Positions 1 to 8,960 of a stretch of DNA of 64,000 nt are shown piece by piece. The notes under the pieces were generated by a model. The model saw only the letters and a list, made by a program, of their open reading frames with translations, did not search any database and had not been told where the DNA came from. Numbering within the stretch: the first letter of the stretch is position 1; each line of letters starts with the position of its first letter. A program made the translations under genes and the position numbers. Source of the DNA: a virus; IMG/VR virus record IMGVR_UViG_3300020048_000017, positions 32,001-96,000 of that record; one strand, 5' to 3'.

Positions 1-81
1 AACTCCGTAAAATTTTTCTTCATCCGCCTCATTAGATGTGAAAACGAGAGCTTCGGGCTTTTGTTGAACGAGTTTTTTCAT
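1..81 (-). CDS. Hypothetical protein, 5' part only (runs off the window); paralog of 118-405 and 8961-9254
   Basis: ATG at 81 reads MKKLVQQKPEALVFTSNEADEEKFYGV; promoter 5 nt upstream; 'KFYGV' is shared with the 8961-9254 product. Confidence 0.75.
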   Translation of the reverse strand, partial: MKKLVQQKPEALVFTSNEADEEKFYGV

Positions 82-86
82 AATTG

Positions 87-114
87 ATTATAGCGCAGAT
101 TTTAGATTTGTCAA
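87..114 (-). promoter_or_regulatory. Sigma70-like early promoter, leaderless
   Basis: TTGACA-N16-TATAAT-N5-ATG. Confidence 0.85.
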
Positions 115-117
115 GGA

Positions 118-405
118 CTATTCTGCGAGCCAGAGAAAAAGTTCTTTATAAGTATCGAACTGAAAGATTTCGAAATCCACCCCAGCCTTTCGAATCAATT
201 CTTTTAAAGACTTGTCTGCAAAGCCGTAAGAGTCGCCCTTGTGAAATGTATTTGCAGGGACAATTTTGTAAATACCATCGAAAAGCTTCTCTTTTAAAAT
301 TGTGCCTTTCCGCCCGTCTTCTCGAAGAGTTCCGTAAAAAGACCGTTCGGAAACTTCGTCGAGAGAAAATGTATTCTGATCAATTGCTGGTTGGTATCAT
401 TTCAT
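118..405 (-). pseudogene. Paralog of 8961-9254 with an in-frame TGA at codon 3 (not in ORF track)
   Basis: Manual translation MK*YQPAIDQNTFSLDEVSERSFYG...FEIFQFDTYKELFLWLAE*; C-terminus matches FEFETAQELMSWLAE; promoter at 412-439. Confidence 0.7.
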
Positions 406-411
406 ACAGCT

Positions 412-439
412 ACTATATCACAGCTTCAAGAAATGTTAA
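412..439 (-). promoter_or_regulatory. Sigma70-like early promoter, leaderless
   Basis: TTAACA-N16-TATAGT-N6-ATG. Confidence 0.7.
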
Positions 440-602
440 GCCGAAATTTTCCAAAGAGTTTTTGTTCAAATGAACTCAGCGAGGGCTTTAGCCTTTAAGA
501 ATGAACGATTTCGTGATAGTCATTAATAGAACAAGAATCAGATTTCATCCATTCGATAATTGCCTGAGCCGCCACTTCTGAAGGAAATCCTTTAAGGACT
601 TC

Positions 603-1471
603 TCAGAGAGTATCATGGTCAGTTTTGAAAGGGTTTTCGGTTTGAACCCAGATTCCTTCCTTTACGGATTCTTTAAAAAAATCCATATCGGTAAAATCCT
701 GAACATTTTCTCCGCTCTCATCAAGAAACGTGACTGACCCATCTTCCAACTTGAGACAATATCTCTCGCCGTAACCTTGCTCTGAGGGACCCTCTTTCCT
801 TACACGCCTCGGAAAGGGTCCGTCTTTATGGATATAGAATTTAGCGGGGCTCATAAATTGATCTAGTTCTGGTTCTTTCATAGGATATTTTTCAGCTCTT
901 TCTTAAACTCGTCAAAGGTGACGAATAGCATGGTGTTTGAGTCGATGATTCGCCACTTCTGGCTAATTGTGTTGAAGATCTCTTTGAGTTTTTCGTCTGG
1001 ATCTGGGGCCGCGTTTACTAAAGTAAGTTCGTGACGATAGTGGACTCCCACCCCTCCTGACAAAACGTATTCCCACTTGCCATAACTAGCGTGAGAACTT
1101 GGAACTATGTTTTCAACGGTGAAGATTTCCTGACCGTAAAAGCTGCTTTTAACTTTGTCCCCAATTTTCATACCGAACTATAACACCTCTTCAAGAAAAG
1201 TCAAGTAGTTTTTATTTGGCCGCTAGTTTGTTCAGTAGAACATTTTGTTCATTTGAACCAGCCGCCCCTTTCGGGATTATTCAATTTCGATTCCGTTGCG
1301 CTCTAGGAGATAGTGTCTATAAAAGTCCCTGTCCAAATATTGTAAATTGGGAATCTCTTCTGTGACCCTATACAATTCCCATTCCAGAGATGCTACGATC
1401 ATTACATGAGTGAGTTCTTCATCGTCCCAAATTTCGTAATAGTTATCGGATTCTTTTTTCGCCATTTGCAT
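603..1471 (-). other. Three small hypothetical CDS (603-881, 878-1171, 1277-1471)
   Basis: ORF track; ATGA coupling at 878-881; promoters at 1177-1204 and 1477-1504. Confidence 0.75.
1177..1204 (-). promoter_or_regulatory. Sigma70-like early promoter, leaderless
   Basis: TTGACT-N16-TATAGT-N5-ATG. Confidence 0.85.
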
Positions 1472-1476
1472 AACGC

Positions 1477-1504
1477 ACTATACCTCACTATTTAATTTTG
1501 TCAA
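1477..1504 (-). promoter_or_regulatory. Sigma70-like early promoter, leaderless
   Basis: TTGACA-N16-TATAGT-N5-ATG. Confidence 0.85.
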
Positions 1505-1818
1505 GGAAAAATATTACCGATTGGAAATTCGAACAACTGACCTGAAAGTTCTGGAACGTAACTTTTCCTCCCCCTGTTGTGATTGCACTTTCTGCAAGCG
1601 ACTCCTAAATTGGATAAATCCAGACAGCTCCCTTTTGCGCCACCTTCCGCAAGCGGGACGATATGTTCTAGGGTAGGGTATCTTTCGTTACCTTCGTTGT
1701 GGTCTGAGGTGTCGTCTAGTTCTACCCCGCACCACATACAGGTCCAATCAACCTGCTTTTTTAATGCCCTCATGATCCGTCTTCTTTTTTCGGAGGTGGG
1801 TCGTTTGTGACTGCTCAT
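1501..1818 (-). CDS. HNH endonuclease
   Basis: CxxCG ... TLEHIVP ... NLGVACRKCNHNRG (HNH/zinc motif). Confidence 0.85.
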   Translation of the reverse strand: MSSHKRPTSEKRRRIMRALKKQVDWTCMWCGVELDDTSDHNEGNERYPTLEHIVPLAEGGAKGSCLDLSNLGVACRKCNHNRGRKSYVPELSGQLFEFPIGNIFP

Positions 1819-1837
1819 TCAAGAATATCTCACACTA

Positions 1838-2337
1838 TTAAAAATAGTCAAGTTCTTTTTCAACCTCTTTTTTAAAACACTTAGTCGCCTTTTCCCAGTA
1901 TGGTTCTTTACCATCGGGCCAAATGAAAATTTCATCGGGCTTTACGTTTATGACAGAGGTCTCTTCGAAATCATATCCCTTGTCAACAAATATAATGTCG
2001 CCTTGATTAAAATCTTCCTCACATAGATAGCCGCGCATTTTCATAGCTGGTTCAACTTATCACAAATCTCTTGCGCCATTTCTGGCATTGTCAACACAAA
2101 TCTTTCTCCATCGGAGTGTCTGATTCTGACTAGGCCCATTACATGCTCACCTAGTTGCCAAGGAACTTCTCTTACTCTTTCGTATAGGTAGAAAAGGTTT
2201 CTTCCCGCGCAACCCTCTTGGCCTTGAACGTCTACTTTCAAACCCCTTGGTGCAAAGCTTTTAACTGTGGCATAGCAGCCTTTATATTCTCCCCATGTCA
2301 CTTGCACGGTTTGTCCTGTTTTGAATTTGGGGCTCAT
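1838..2337 (-). other. Two small hypothetical CDS (1838-2044, 2041-2337)
   Basis: ORF track; ATGA overlap; the second begins with a KOW/SH3-like motif. Confidence 0.7.
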
Positions 2338-2513
2338 AGAATTGAAATAATTAGAAAGGAAAGCAAGAGTATCAAAAACAGAATGAAAGTTTGAAACTTA
2401 TTCATTAGTATAGTGGTAAAAGTAGACCGAAAAACGGGGCTAAATGTATAACTAGTTTATTTTGAAGCAGTTAACTTTTTAGAGATTTGTCTTCCCTATA
2501 GTGGTAAAAGTTA

Positions 2514-2735
2514 CTAAAGGTCGCGGGAATTACTTTCTTTTTGCAAGCAATGACAATCAGGATCGTGGACTGCTACTGACGATCGACCGCTACCAAACTG
2601 TAAATAAGAATGCCCATTATAAGTAAATGGATAAACGCTTCTTGAGATTTCTCCTGTTGTAACTCCCTCTCGTTCAACGCATGACGACAAAATACTAACC
2701 GTAAACAATAGAATAAGCGCGAGAAGTGATTTCAT
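2514..2735 (-). CDS. Small putative lipoprotein
   Basis: Hydrophobic N-terminus ending in lipobox-like ILSSC; C-terminal HDPDCHC. Confidence 0.6.
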   Translation of the reverse strand: MKSLLALILLFTVSILSSCVEREGVTTGEISRSVYPFTYNGHSYLQFGSGRSSVAVHDPDCHCLQKESNSRDL

Positions 2736-3142
2736 TTTAATTGCAATTTGAAAGTGTTTTTAGATAGATGTGTTAATAATTTGGCGTGCCCCATTCATAC
2801 CCCCACCTTCCCCTTTTGTCAACTCTTTTCTTCTTATATCTCTTTAGTATGGTCTGGTGGTAGAGATAGAGAGTCTTATGCTTTTTCGTTATAGATCGTT
2901 CGTTTTAAACCATTTTCGGCATAATCTAACGTCTTCAAAATTAAGCACTTATGACTTTATCCGTTTCTTGCTACAATAGATCGTTTCTGAGAGGGTTTTG
3001 TCCTCTAGGGTGTCGAGATACCCTTTTGCCTTTCAAACGTCTCAGGGCTCAAATGGTAGAGAGCAAACGCTATTCACTGATTCCCCTTGGATTCACCGCC
3101 AATCAGGGTTTAGTTCCCCGTCAATGGTTATTAAAAACATCT

Positions 3143-3992
3143 TCAATCAGATAGCCCCGATTCTTCCCATGCTAGTTCTAATCTTTGAACAAGAAAGCTC
3201 TTGAGGCATTCTGGGTTGTCTTCTGTAAACTCTTCTCTTGAGGCTTTGCATAACTCTTTTAGAAAGTCACTGATTGCAAATTTGTGATTGCCCTGTTTGA
3301 CGATTTTTCGGCAAGCCCAAGGTAGTATGAATTTATTAAAGATTTTCATGAATTTAATTGTTCGATTCTAGATGTATTTAACGCCCCTGACTGACGCCAT
3401 GTAGTATTTTTCCTTAATGATCTTTTCGGCTTTGTTGTGGTTGCCTTTTTCATTGACTCCGTGTTCGACCTTTACAAAAACCGTTTCCTCTCGCGTTACC
3501 CAGAAACCTGTTTCCTCATTAAAGAAATCAAATTTTACTAGATAGCCTTCATCAAAAGTTTTCATAGAAATGTCGGTAGGCTTTTAATAACCTTGAGGTT
3601 GTCGGATTGAACGTATTCTTGGTAAAGGTTCCACCACTTGAGGTCTGTTTTAGAAACGATTAAAGACAATTCGTTCCTCTTTTCGAAAAGATCATCAAAC
3701 CAAATGTTGTTAGGGCTGTAGCCAAAATTGTTGTCGATTTCTTCCTGTAGTTTGATTTCAAACCTTTTTAATTGTAGTCGTCTTTTTAGGGTTTCCATAA
3801 CTCTTCAAAATGTTCTACTTCTTTTTGAAGCGACCACATTCTATCTAAATAACCCTGATAGATTGCCTTGATAACAATGTAAACTTCTGGATAAGTGTCT
3901 GATTCGCAATCGGCGATAATTTCCACTAATTCCTCTTCGCTACAGCCAGCGGCGATTATACGAAATTCGTCTAGCCCATCAGGATTTTCCAT
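3143..3992 (-). other. Four small hypothetical CDS (3143-3349, 3368-3565, 3562-3798, 3786-3992)
   Basis: Contiguous or overlapping minus-strand ORFs. Confidence 0.7.
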
Positions 3993-4021
3993 GTTTTAAT
4001 AAACCACAGTTTTTTGATTTG

Positions 4022-4363
4022 TCAAACGTTTTCTGGAATGAATTTTTGTGCCCATTCTTGTTTTTTAAGATGTTCTTGAACCTCTGTGTAAGTAATTTCA
4101 GACGCTTTATTTGGGGCAAAATTTAGGAAAGACCTTCCCCATTCGTTTTCGTCTTTGATTTTCCAAAGGGTTCTTTCATTCACGCACTCTATAACGGTTA
4201 CCATACGACAGGTGAATAACTGGTCGGCAAAATTTGCTCTAGTGTATTGAGCCGCTAAACAACCGCATTCGTAAGACGAATGAAATTCGCCCATGTTAAC
4301 CTTTTTGTCTAAAGGTTGGGCAAAAATAAATTCAATAAACTCTTGAGTAGTTACAATTCTCAT
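4022..4363 (-). CDS. Hypothetical protein, paralog of 4630-4977
   Basis: MRIVTTQEFIEFIFAQP...CGCL...EVQEHLKKQEWAQKFIP aligns with MRKITKQDLISFIFNQP...CGCI...EIQEFLKTQGWAKSFIP. Confidence 0.8.
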   Translation of the reverse strand: MRIVTTQEFIEFIFAQPLDKKVNMGEFHSSYECGCLAAQYTRANFADQLFTCRMVTVIECVNERTLWKIKDENEWGRSFLNFAPNKASEITYTEVQEHLKKQEWAQKFIPENV

Positions 4364-4608
4364 TCGTCGAGATTTTTAGACTCCCAGTATTCTCGAAAAC
4401 TCCTAAGTTCCGCGAGTTCGTCGATCAGTTTGATAAGACCTCCGATAGCATTGCTAAGTCTCGCTTTATCAGAAACCTCAGGACCGATGAGTGAAAGGTA
4501 ATTAAAAACCGCCGTGACGCCCATGCAGCAAAAGCATTCGATATGACAACCTACGGCGCTTTCCTCGCAAGATTTTCCGTCTTTGTGATCAGGATGTTCG
4601 CACTTCAT
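4360..4608 (-). CDS. Cys/His-rich hypothetical protein
   Basis: ORF with its own promoter (4614-4641). Confidence 0.65.
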   Translation of the reverse strand: MKCEHPDHKDGKSCEESAVGCHIECFCCMGVTAVFNYLSLIGPEVSDKARLSNAIGGLIKLIDELAELRSFREYWESKNLDE

Positions 4609-4613
4609 AATTA

Positions 4614-4641
4614 ACTATAGCACCTCTTTTTAATTTGTCAA
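4614..4641 (-). promoter_or_regulatory. Sigma70-like early promoter, leaderless
   Basis: TTGACA-N16-TATAGT-N5-ATG. Confidence 0.85.
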
Positions 4642-4977
4642 GTTTTTTTTTGGAATAAAAGATTTTGCCCACCCTTGAGTTTTAAGAAACTCCTGAATCT
4701 CCCCGTAAGTCCTGACGCTAGAAAGATTTCCGGAAGGGACGAAGTCGAAAAAACTCTCTCCTTCCAGAGTCATCAAAGTTTCACCTTTTGAGTTTTCCAC
4801 TACATTCATTCCGCACCCTAAGGCTATTTTAGCTACTTGGAAAAGTTTCTCGCGGACATATTGAACCCCGATACACCCGCACTTATCGGAAAAGTAATTC
4901 TCTCCCATTTTCACTTCTTTTTCGGCGGGTTGGTTGAAGATGAATGAAATAAGATCTTGTTTTGTAATTTTTCTCAT
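4630..4977 (-). CDS. Hypothetical protein, paralog of 4022-4363
   Basis: Visible pairwise similarity over the full length. Confidence 0.8.
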   Translation of the reverse strand: MRKITKQDLISFIFNQPAEKEVKMGENYFSDKCGCIGVQYVREKLFQVAKIALGCGMNVVENSKGETLMTLEGESFFDFVPSGNLSSVRTYGEIQEFLKTQGWAKSFIPKKNLTN

Positions 4978-4982
4978 GACTG

Positions 4983-5010
4983 ATTATACTTCGGTTTCTG
5001 GATTTGACAA
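4983..5010 (-). promoter_or_regulatory. Sigma70-like early promoter, leaderless
   Basis: TTGTCA-N16-TATAAT-N5-ATG. Confidence 0.8.
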
Positions 5011-5014
5011 GGGT

Positions 5015-5368
5015 TTAATCTACCCATTTTCCAATGGTTCTCAAGAATGCCTCTGCCCGTTGTTTGGCGGTTGCGCGGATGTAGCTATCTTTTCCCATGT
5101 CGCCGGAAACTAGGCGGTTCAGAAGGTCGGCGTAGTCCCAAAAACGCCACGTGCAGAAAACCTCTTCGGCCACGTGCATCGCGTTCAGGTCGTTGCAATA
5201 GTTGGGGATCGCTTCGAATATTTGCCGCTCAATACATTCAGGATTATTTGGAATGCCTACAAAATAACGAGTATTAGGCCCGTCCCAATTTAGCCACTCC
5301 TCTTTAATTTGTGTCCATCCCAGAATTTCCGCAATGGCAATATCAATATCAATATCTTGGTTTTCCAT
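5015..5368 (-). CDS. Phage ABA-sandwich-like domain protein
   Basis: IAIAEILGW ... PNYCNDLNAM ... RAEAFL pattern recalled for this family. Confidence 0.5.
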   Translation of the reverse strand: MENQDIDIDIAIAEILGWTQIKEEWLNWDGPNTRYFVGIPNNPECIERQIFEAIPNYCNDLNAMHVAEEVFCTWRFWDYADLLNRLVSGDMGKDSYIRATAKQRAEAFLRTIGKWVD

Positions 5369-5373
5369 GCAGC

Positions 5374-5401
5374 ACTATAACCCTCTTTTTTAATTTGTCA
5401 A
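5374..5401 (-). promoter_or_regulatory. Sigma70-like early promoter, leaderless
   Basis: TTGACA-N16-TATAGT-N5-ATG. Confidence 0.85.
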
Positions 5402-5826
5402 ATTGTTTTTATCCAAGAGCTTTTGATATCTTTCGCGCCGTTTTACCACAACAAGAGTCTGGTCAAGCAATGCTATAGAACACTTTATACCTCCTATAAT
5501 ATCGCTCCAAGGAAGATCTGGATGAGCTTCGCGTTTACTGGGCCTATTAAGTTCCCCAGCAGTTGTATGAAGTTCGTGCAAAGACCTTTGAAGCTGTTCG
5601 GAGATTTTCATTTCGTTTCTCCAGACCCTTGAAAAATGTTGCGAAACGCCGCGTTTACGTTGCTCTCAGGAAGTCCCGAAAGTTTGGCCATATCTTCGAT
5701 AGAAATGTTGCTAAGAAGAGCTCTAGCGGCATATACGGCGGTTTTTAATTCAATTGCCGTAAGGTGACTAACAGGGGTTTCGTTTTCGTTTTTAAATGTC
5801 ATAACTAATTTGATCTTTTGTTCCAA
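5390..5826 (-). other. Two small hypothetical CDS (5390-5611, 5608-5826)
   Basis: ORF track, coupled. Confidence 0.6.
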
Positions 5827-6056
5827 AGTTTTATTGCCGCTCTTTTGGCGCGATTGATATATTTCTCCCCGTATCGGAAATTTCTAAACCCGTCAACAAC
5901 CCTTTCCTCTATCGTCATTAGATCGCATATCTGGACGCTAGATATCGCCATGCCACAGCCACATTCTATTTCGTATTGAGACCCTGTTCCTTCGGGGAAC
6001 TCTGGGACTTCTCCACAAAAGGGGCACGGTTTTAGAGTGTCAAAGTTTTTACTCAT
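5805..6056 (-). CDS. Lar-family (restriction alleviation-like) zinc protein
   Basis: LKPCPFCG ... ECGCG ... AAIKLWNKR. Confidence 0.7.
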   Translation of the reverse strand: MSKNFDTLKPCPFCGEVPEFPEGTGSQYEIECGCGMAISSVQICDLMTIEERVVDGFRNFRYGEKYINRAKRAAIKLWNKRSN

Positions 6057-6062
6057 GTTTTA

Positions 6063-7013
6063 CTATACCCCTTGTTCTCTATCTGTCAAATTGTAAATAA
6101 TATTCCAGACCTTAGTTTGGTCTACTTCGTAAAAAAGTTCTGGGAAAGGGTGAGGTAATTGTTTGTGGAAATGGATATAAAAAGCTTGCCCCAATCTCAT
6201 ATCAGGGAATTCACACTTATTCCACTTTTTTATAAACTCTTCTACTTCACTTCTTTTCATAATTAAACAGTCTCCCTTTTAATGTTGCGAAGGTCTGAGT
6301 AATCGTGAGCGGTCCCCGTTACTCTTCCTGCGTCCGACTTAGAGTCGCTTCTATCGTAACGATGGACTCCATTTTGGTCAATCACGGTTTCGTAACCTTT
6401 AGTTTCCATGCTTCGCGCTACGATTTGGATGATTTCGCCACCCTGAGTTACGTAAGTCTTACCTACTAGGAAGCTAAAAGAGTGCCCTTCCAAATGTTCA
6501 AAGCACAAAAACTTTCCAGTCTCGCGACGAGCCCTAACGTTTTTCTTCCCGCATACCTCGCAGTTGCCGTTAGAATAACCCGAGCCTCCAAAAAAAGACC
6601 CTCCACCCATCATCATTGACATTGCTAAAAGTTGGTTTAATTTGTTCATGTCTTACTATAACACAACTTTTGAATTTGTCAATACTTAAATAGGAAATAA
6701 AAGAATCCTAAAAAACAAGCTCCACAAATGAGCGCGCAACTCACGTTTTGAAAAGCTTCCGGCCAAGATATTTCTGCTAGTATCATCGTTTTTTCTTGAG
6801 AGTTAACATTGATTCAATTCCCGCATAAGGGAAAGGCCCATTTTTCTTTTCTCCAAACTCAGCGTTAGGAAGGATTTCGCGATACTCCCCTGAGATAGAA
6901 TCGGACCCTTTAGGACCTCTTGTGTAATTCGACACAATGTAAGTGTGTCCCGACTTCATGACTACAATAACAGCTTTCATGAAAGAATATGGCCCCTTTC
7001 GTGGCATTGTCAA
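6063..7013 (-). other. Small hypothetical CDS (6063-6260, 6263-6649, 6679-6786, 6783-7013)
   Basis: ORF track, plus a 35-aa hydrophobic peptide MILAEISWPEAF...FLFKY read manually at 6679-6786. Confidence 0.65.
6655..6682 (-). promoter_or_regulatory. Sigma70-like early promoter, leaderless
   Basis: TTGACA-N16-TATAGT-N5-ATG. Confidence 0.85.
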
Positions 7014-7016
7014 GTG

Positions 7017-7976
7017 TTAAAGGCTTTCGAGGTAATCTTTTCCTTCGTGAGAGATAAACCTCTTGCCGTCTACTTTCATAAGACCCCTGCGGAGAAGGTA
7101 TTGCTCCATGTCCCGCACTACAAGCGCAGCTTGTGCTACGTGGTTCGCAACGTCGAGAAGTCGAGAACCTGACGGATTTGCACGAAGGAATTCAAGCACC
7201 CTCACTTCTTCCGAAGTAAGACCTAGAGGCAGAATATTCATTACTTCGAACAATTCTTTAGCGTCATCTACTGTAAACTCATCGGAGTCGTAAGCAGAGA
7301 GAAAGGTGTTGACGTTCTCGCCCATCTTGATAGCCGAGCGACCGTTCATGCGAAGGCGAGACACTAGCTCTACCACTGCTTCTGTGGTAACGTTAGCCTC
7401 AGAATTGCACTGGGAGAGGATGATCATTCCCAGCTCAACGTTGTCCAGAGGTTGAAGAGCTACCTCCGTAAGACGGTCCATAAGAGGTTTGAACATCTTG
7501 TCTTTTTCGGTGGTCGCAAAGATGAACGTAGCCATCGTAAAGTCAACGTCCATTCGCTCTTCGGAGTCGCCCGAACCGATTGCAAAGAAACCCTTATTAG
7601 TGTTGGAGGGTTCCAGCATAGAGAGTAGTCGATTGGTCACCTTGTCGCTGAGACCGTGAGCCTCATCAATAAGAACCGTGATCGGAGTGTCCAAAACAGT
7701 TTCAAACATGAAAGCACCGAAATCTTTGATGCTAGTGAATTGGCCCGCATTAATGTGAGCGAACTTACGACGCTCTCCAGTTCTAACTTCCTGAATATTG
7801 CTGGTTGCGATTGCGATCTGCTTAGAGATGAAGCTTTTGCCCCCGCCCGCTTCAGCGGACAGGAACATGTGAGGCATCAGACCGGTGTTCTCCATACCTG
7901 CGAGGAGGAAGTTGAGCTTACGCTTAACTTGAGCTTGACCGATAACGTTAGGGAGTCTGTCTTGGAATTTCTTCAT
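7017..7976 (-). CDS. ruvB: RuvB-like AAA+ ATPase (Holliday junction branch-migration helicase homolog)
   Basis: VIGQ N-terminal motif, Walker A AGGGKS, Walker B LIDEAH, FIFATT...LMDRL, C-terminal PLGL...EQYLLRRGL winged helix. Confidence 0.8.
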   Translation of the reverse strand: MKKFQDRLPNVIGQAQVKRKLNFLLAGMENTGLMPHMFLSAEAGGGKSFISKQIAIATSNIQEVRTGERRKFAHINAGQFTSIKDFGAFMFETVLDTPITVLIDEAHGLSDKVTNRLLSMLEPSNTNKGFFAIGSGDSEERMDVDFTMATFIFATTEKDKMFKPLMDRLTEVALQPLDNVELGMIILSQCNSEANVTTEAVVELVSRLRMNGRSAIKMGENVNTFLSAYDSDEFTVDDAKELFEVMNILPLGLTSEEVRVLEFLRANPSGSRLLDVANHVAQAALVVRDMEQYLLRRGLMKVDGKRFISHEGKDYLESL

Positions 7977-7981
7977 TCTGC

Positions 7982-8009
7982 ACTATAACACGCTTTCTAG
8001 ATATGTCAA
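7982..8009 (-). promoter_or_regulatory. Sigma70-like early promoter of the ruvB-like gene, leaderless
   Basis: TTGACA-N16-TATAGT-N5-ATG. Confidence 0.85.
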
Positions 8010-8059
8010 CTTCTTTTTTACTAAAATCTGCTTATTAATAACTTTTATCCTTGGACACG

Positions 8060-8089
8060 AAAAAGGGATCGGTTTCCCGATCCCTTTTT
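8060..8089 (-). terminator. Intrinsic terminator
   Basis: AAAAAGGGATCGG-GAAA-CCGATCCCTTTTT: perfect 13-bp inverted repeat with a GNRA loop, just after the 8112-8477 gene. Confidence 0.9.
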
Positions 8090-8111
8090 ATCACACGCAG
8101 GTTGTCTTAAA

Positions 8112-8477
8112 TTAAACGATCTCGGCAGCGACCTTGCTGGCTTTGACTGGCGCTTCGACTTCGTCAAACGTAACGGCGTCAGCAGCCCAGCTTGAGGAGA
8201 CCTTAACCTTCGCAGAGAAGGCAGTTTCTGCTTTCGCTTCTTTCGCAGCCGCCTTCATTGCTGTGGCGAACTTCCTACCACCGACATGCTGGAGGAGTGC
8301 GAAGAGAGACATTTCGGAGAGAACCGGAGAACCCTCTTTACGACCACGCTTGATCACTTCGCCATCTTCACCAACTACGCGCCACTGCTCTTTGTCGCCA
8401 GTTGCGGTTGCACAAAGGCGAACGGTTTCACCTTTAGCATTTTGACGCTCATCACCGATTTTGAATGTAGTTTTCAT
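8112..8477 (-). CDS. Ala/Lys-rich hypothetical protein, probably highly expressed
   Basis: Own promoter, long A-rich leader, dedicated terminator, KRGRK motif. Confidence 0.75.
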   Translation of the reverse strand: MKTTFKIGDERQNAKGETVRLCATATGDKEQWRVVGEDGEVIKRGRKEGSPVLSEMSLFALLQHVGGRKFATAMKAAAKEAKAETAFSAKVKVSSSWAADAVTFDEVEAPVKASKVAAEIV

Positions 8478-8519
8478 ATTCTTGTTTTCTTTTTTTTGTT
8501 TTGTTGTTATTGTTAAAGC

Positions 8520-8547
8520 ACTATAACATGCTTTTATATTTTGTCAA
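8520..8547 (-). promoter_or_regulatory. Sigma70-like early promoter with an A-rich leader
   Basis: TTGACA-N16-TATAGT, then about 40 nt A/C-rich sequence with no Shine-Dalgarno. Confidence 0.85.
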
Positions 8548-8556
8548 GAGGTTTCT

Positions 8557-8919
8557 TTAATTAATTTTCAGAGCCTCTTCGCTTTCTAATTCTTTTACGC
8601 AGTTCTCTAAGTATTCCAAAGCGTCTTCTACTTCCGAATACTCGCAAGGGAAAAATATTGCGTCTGATGCAAACTCTGCGTCTGAGCCTTCCACGATGGT
8701 ATAAAACCTAATTCCTACCACGAAATGTCCTGCCCAAATATTAGGGAGGTCTCTAGTGATGCCGTGATGGTCATCATGTGCAAAAACTGAATCTTTTGTC
8801 GTGAGATATTCGGTGCTTACTCCACACTCCGTTTTGTCGTAAAAATGACGACCCAACGCTCTTAGGGATTCGCAATCCAAATGTTCCGCTAGTCGAGAAA
8901 TGCTGCTTATTTGTTTCAT
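8557..8919 (-). CDS. Hypothetical protein
   Basis: ORF with leaderless promoter at 8926-8953. Confidence 0.7.
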   Translation of the reverse strand: MKQISSISRLAEHLDCESLRALGRHFYDKTECGVSTEYLTTKDSVFAHDDHHGITRDLPNIWAGHFVVGIRFYTIVEGSDAEFASDAIFFPCEYSEVEDALEYLENCVKELESEEALKIN

Positions 8920-8925
8920 GTCTTT

Positions 8926-8953
8926 ACTCTAACACACTTTGAGCTATTGTCAA
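8926..8953 (-). promoter_or_regulatory. Sigma70-like early promoter, leaderless
   Basis: TTGACA-N16-TAGAGT-N6-ATG. Confidence 0.8.
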
Positions 8954-8960
8954 GAGATTT

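Noticed and set aside
84-473. Plus-strand 129-aa ORF
   Set aside because: It is the antisense shadow of the real minus-strand gene at 118-405, which has a promoter and a paralog
397-605. TGA reassignment, suggested by the in-frame TGA at 397-399 and a protein-like continuation after the TGA at 603
   Set aside because: Dozens of genes end in TGA with ATGA coupling, Trp is encoded by TGG, and no long gene needs TGA read-through
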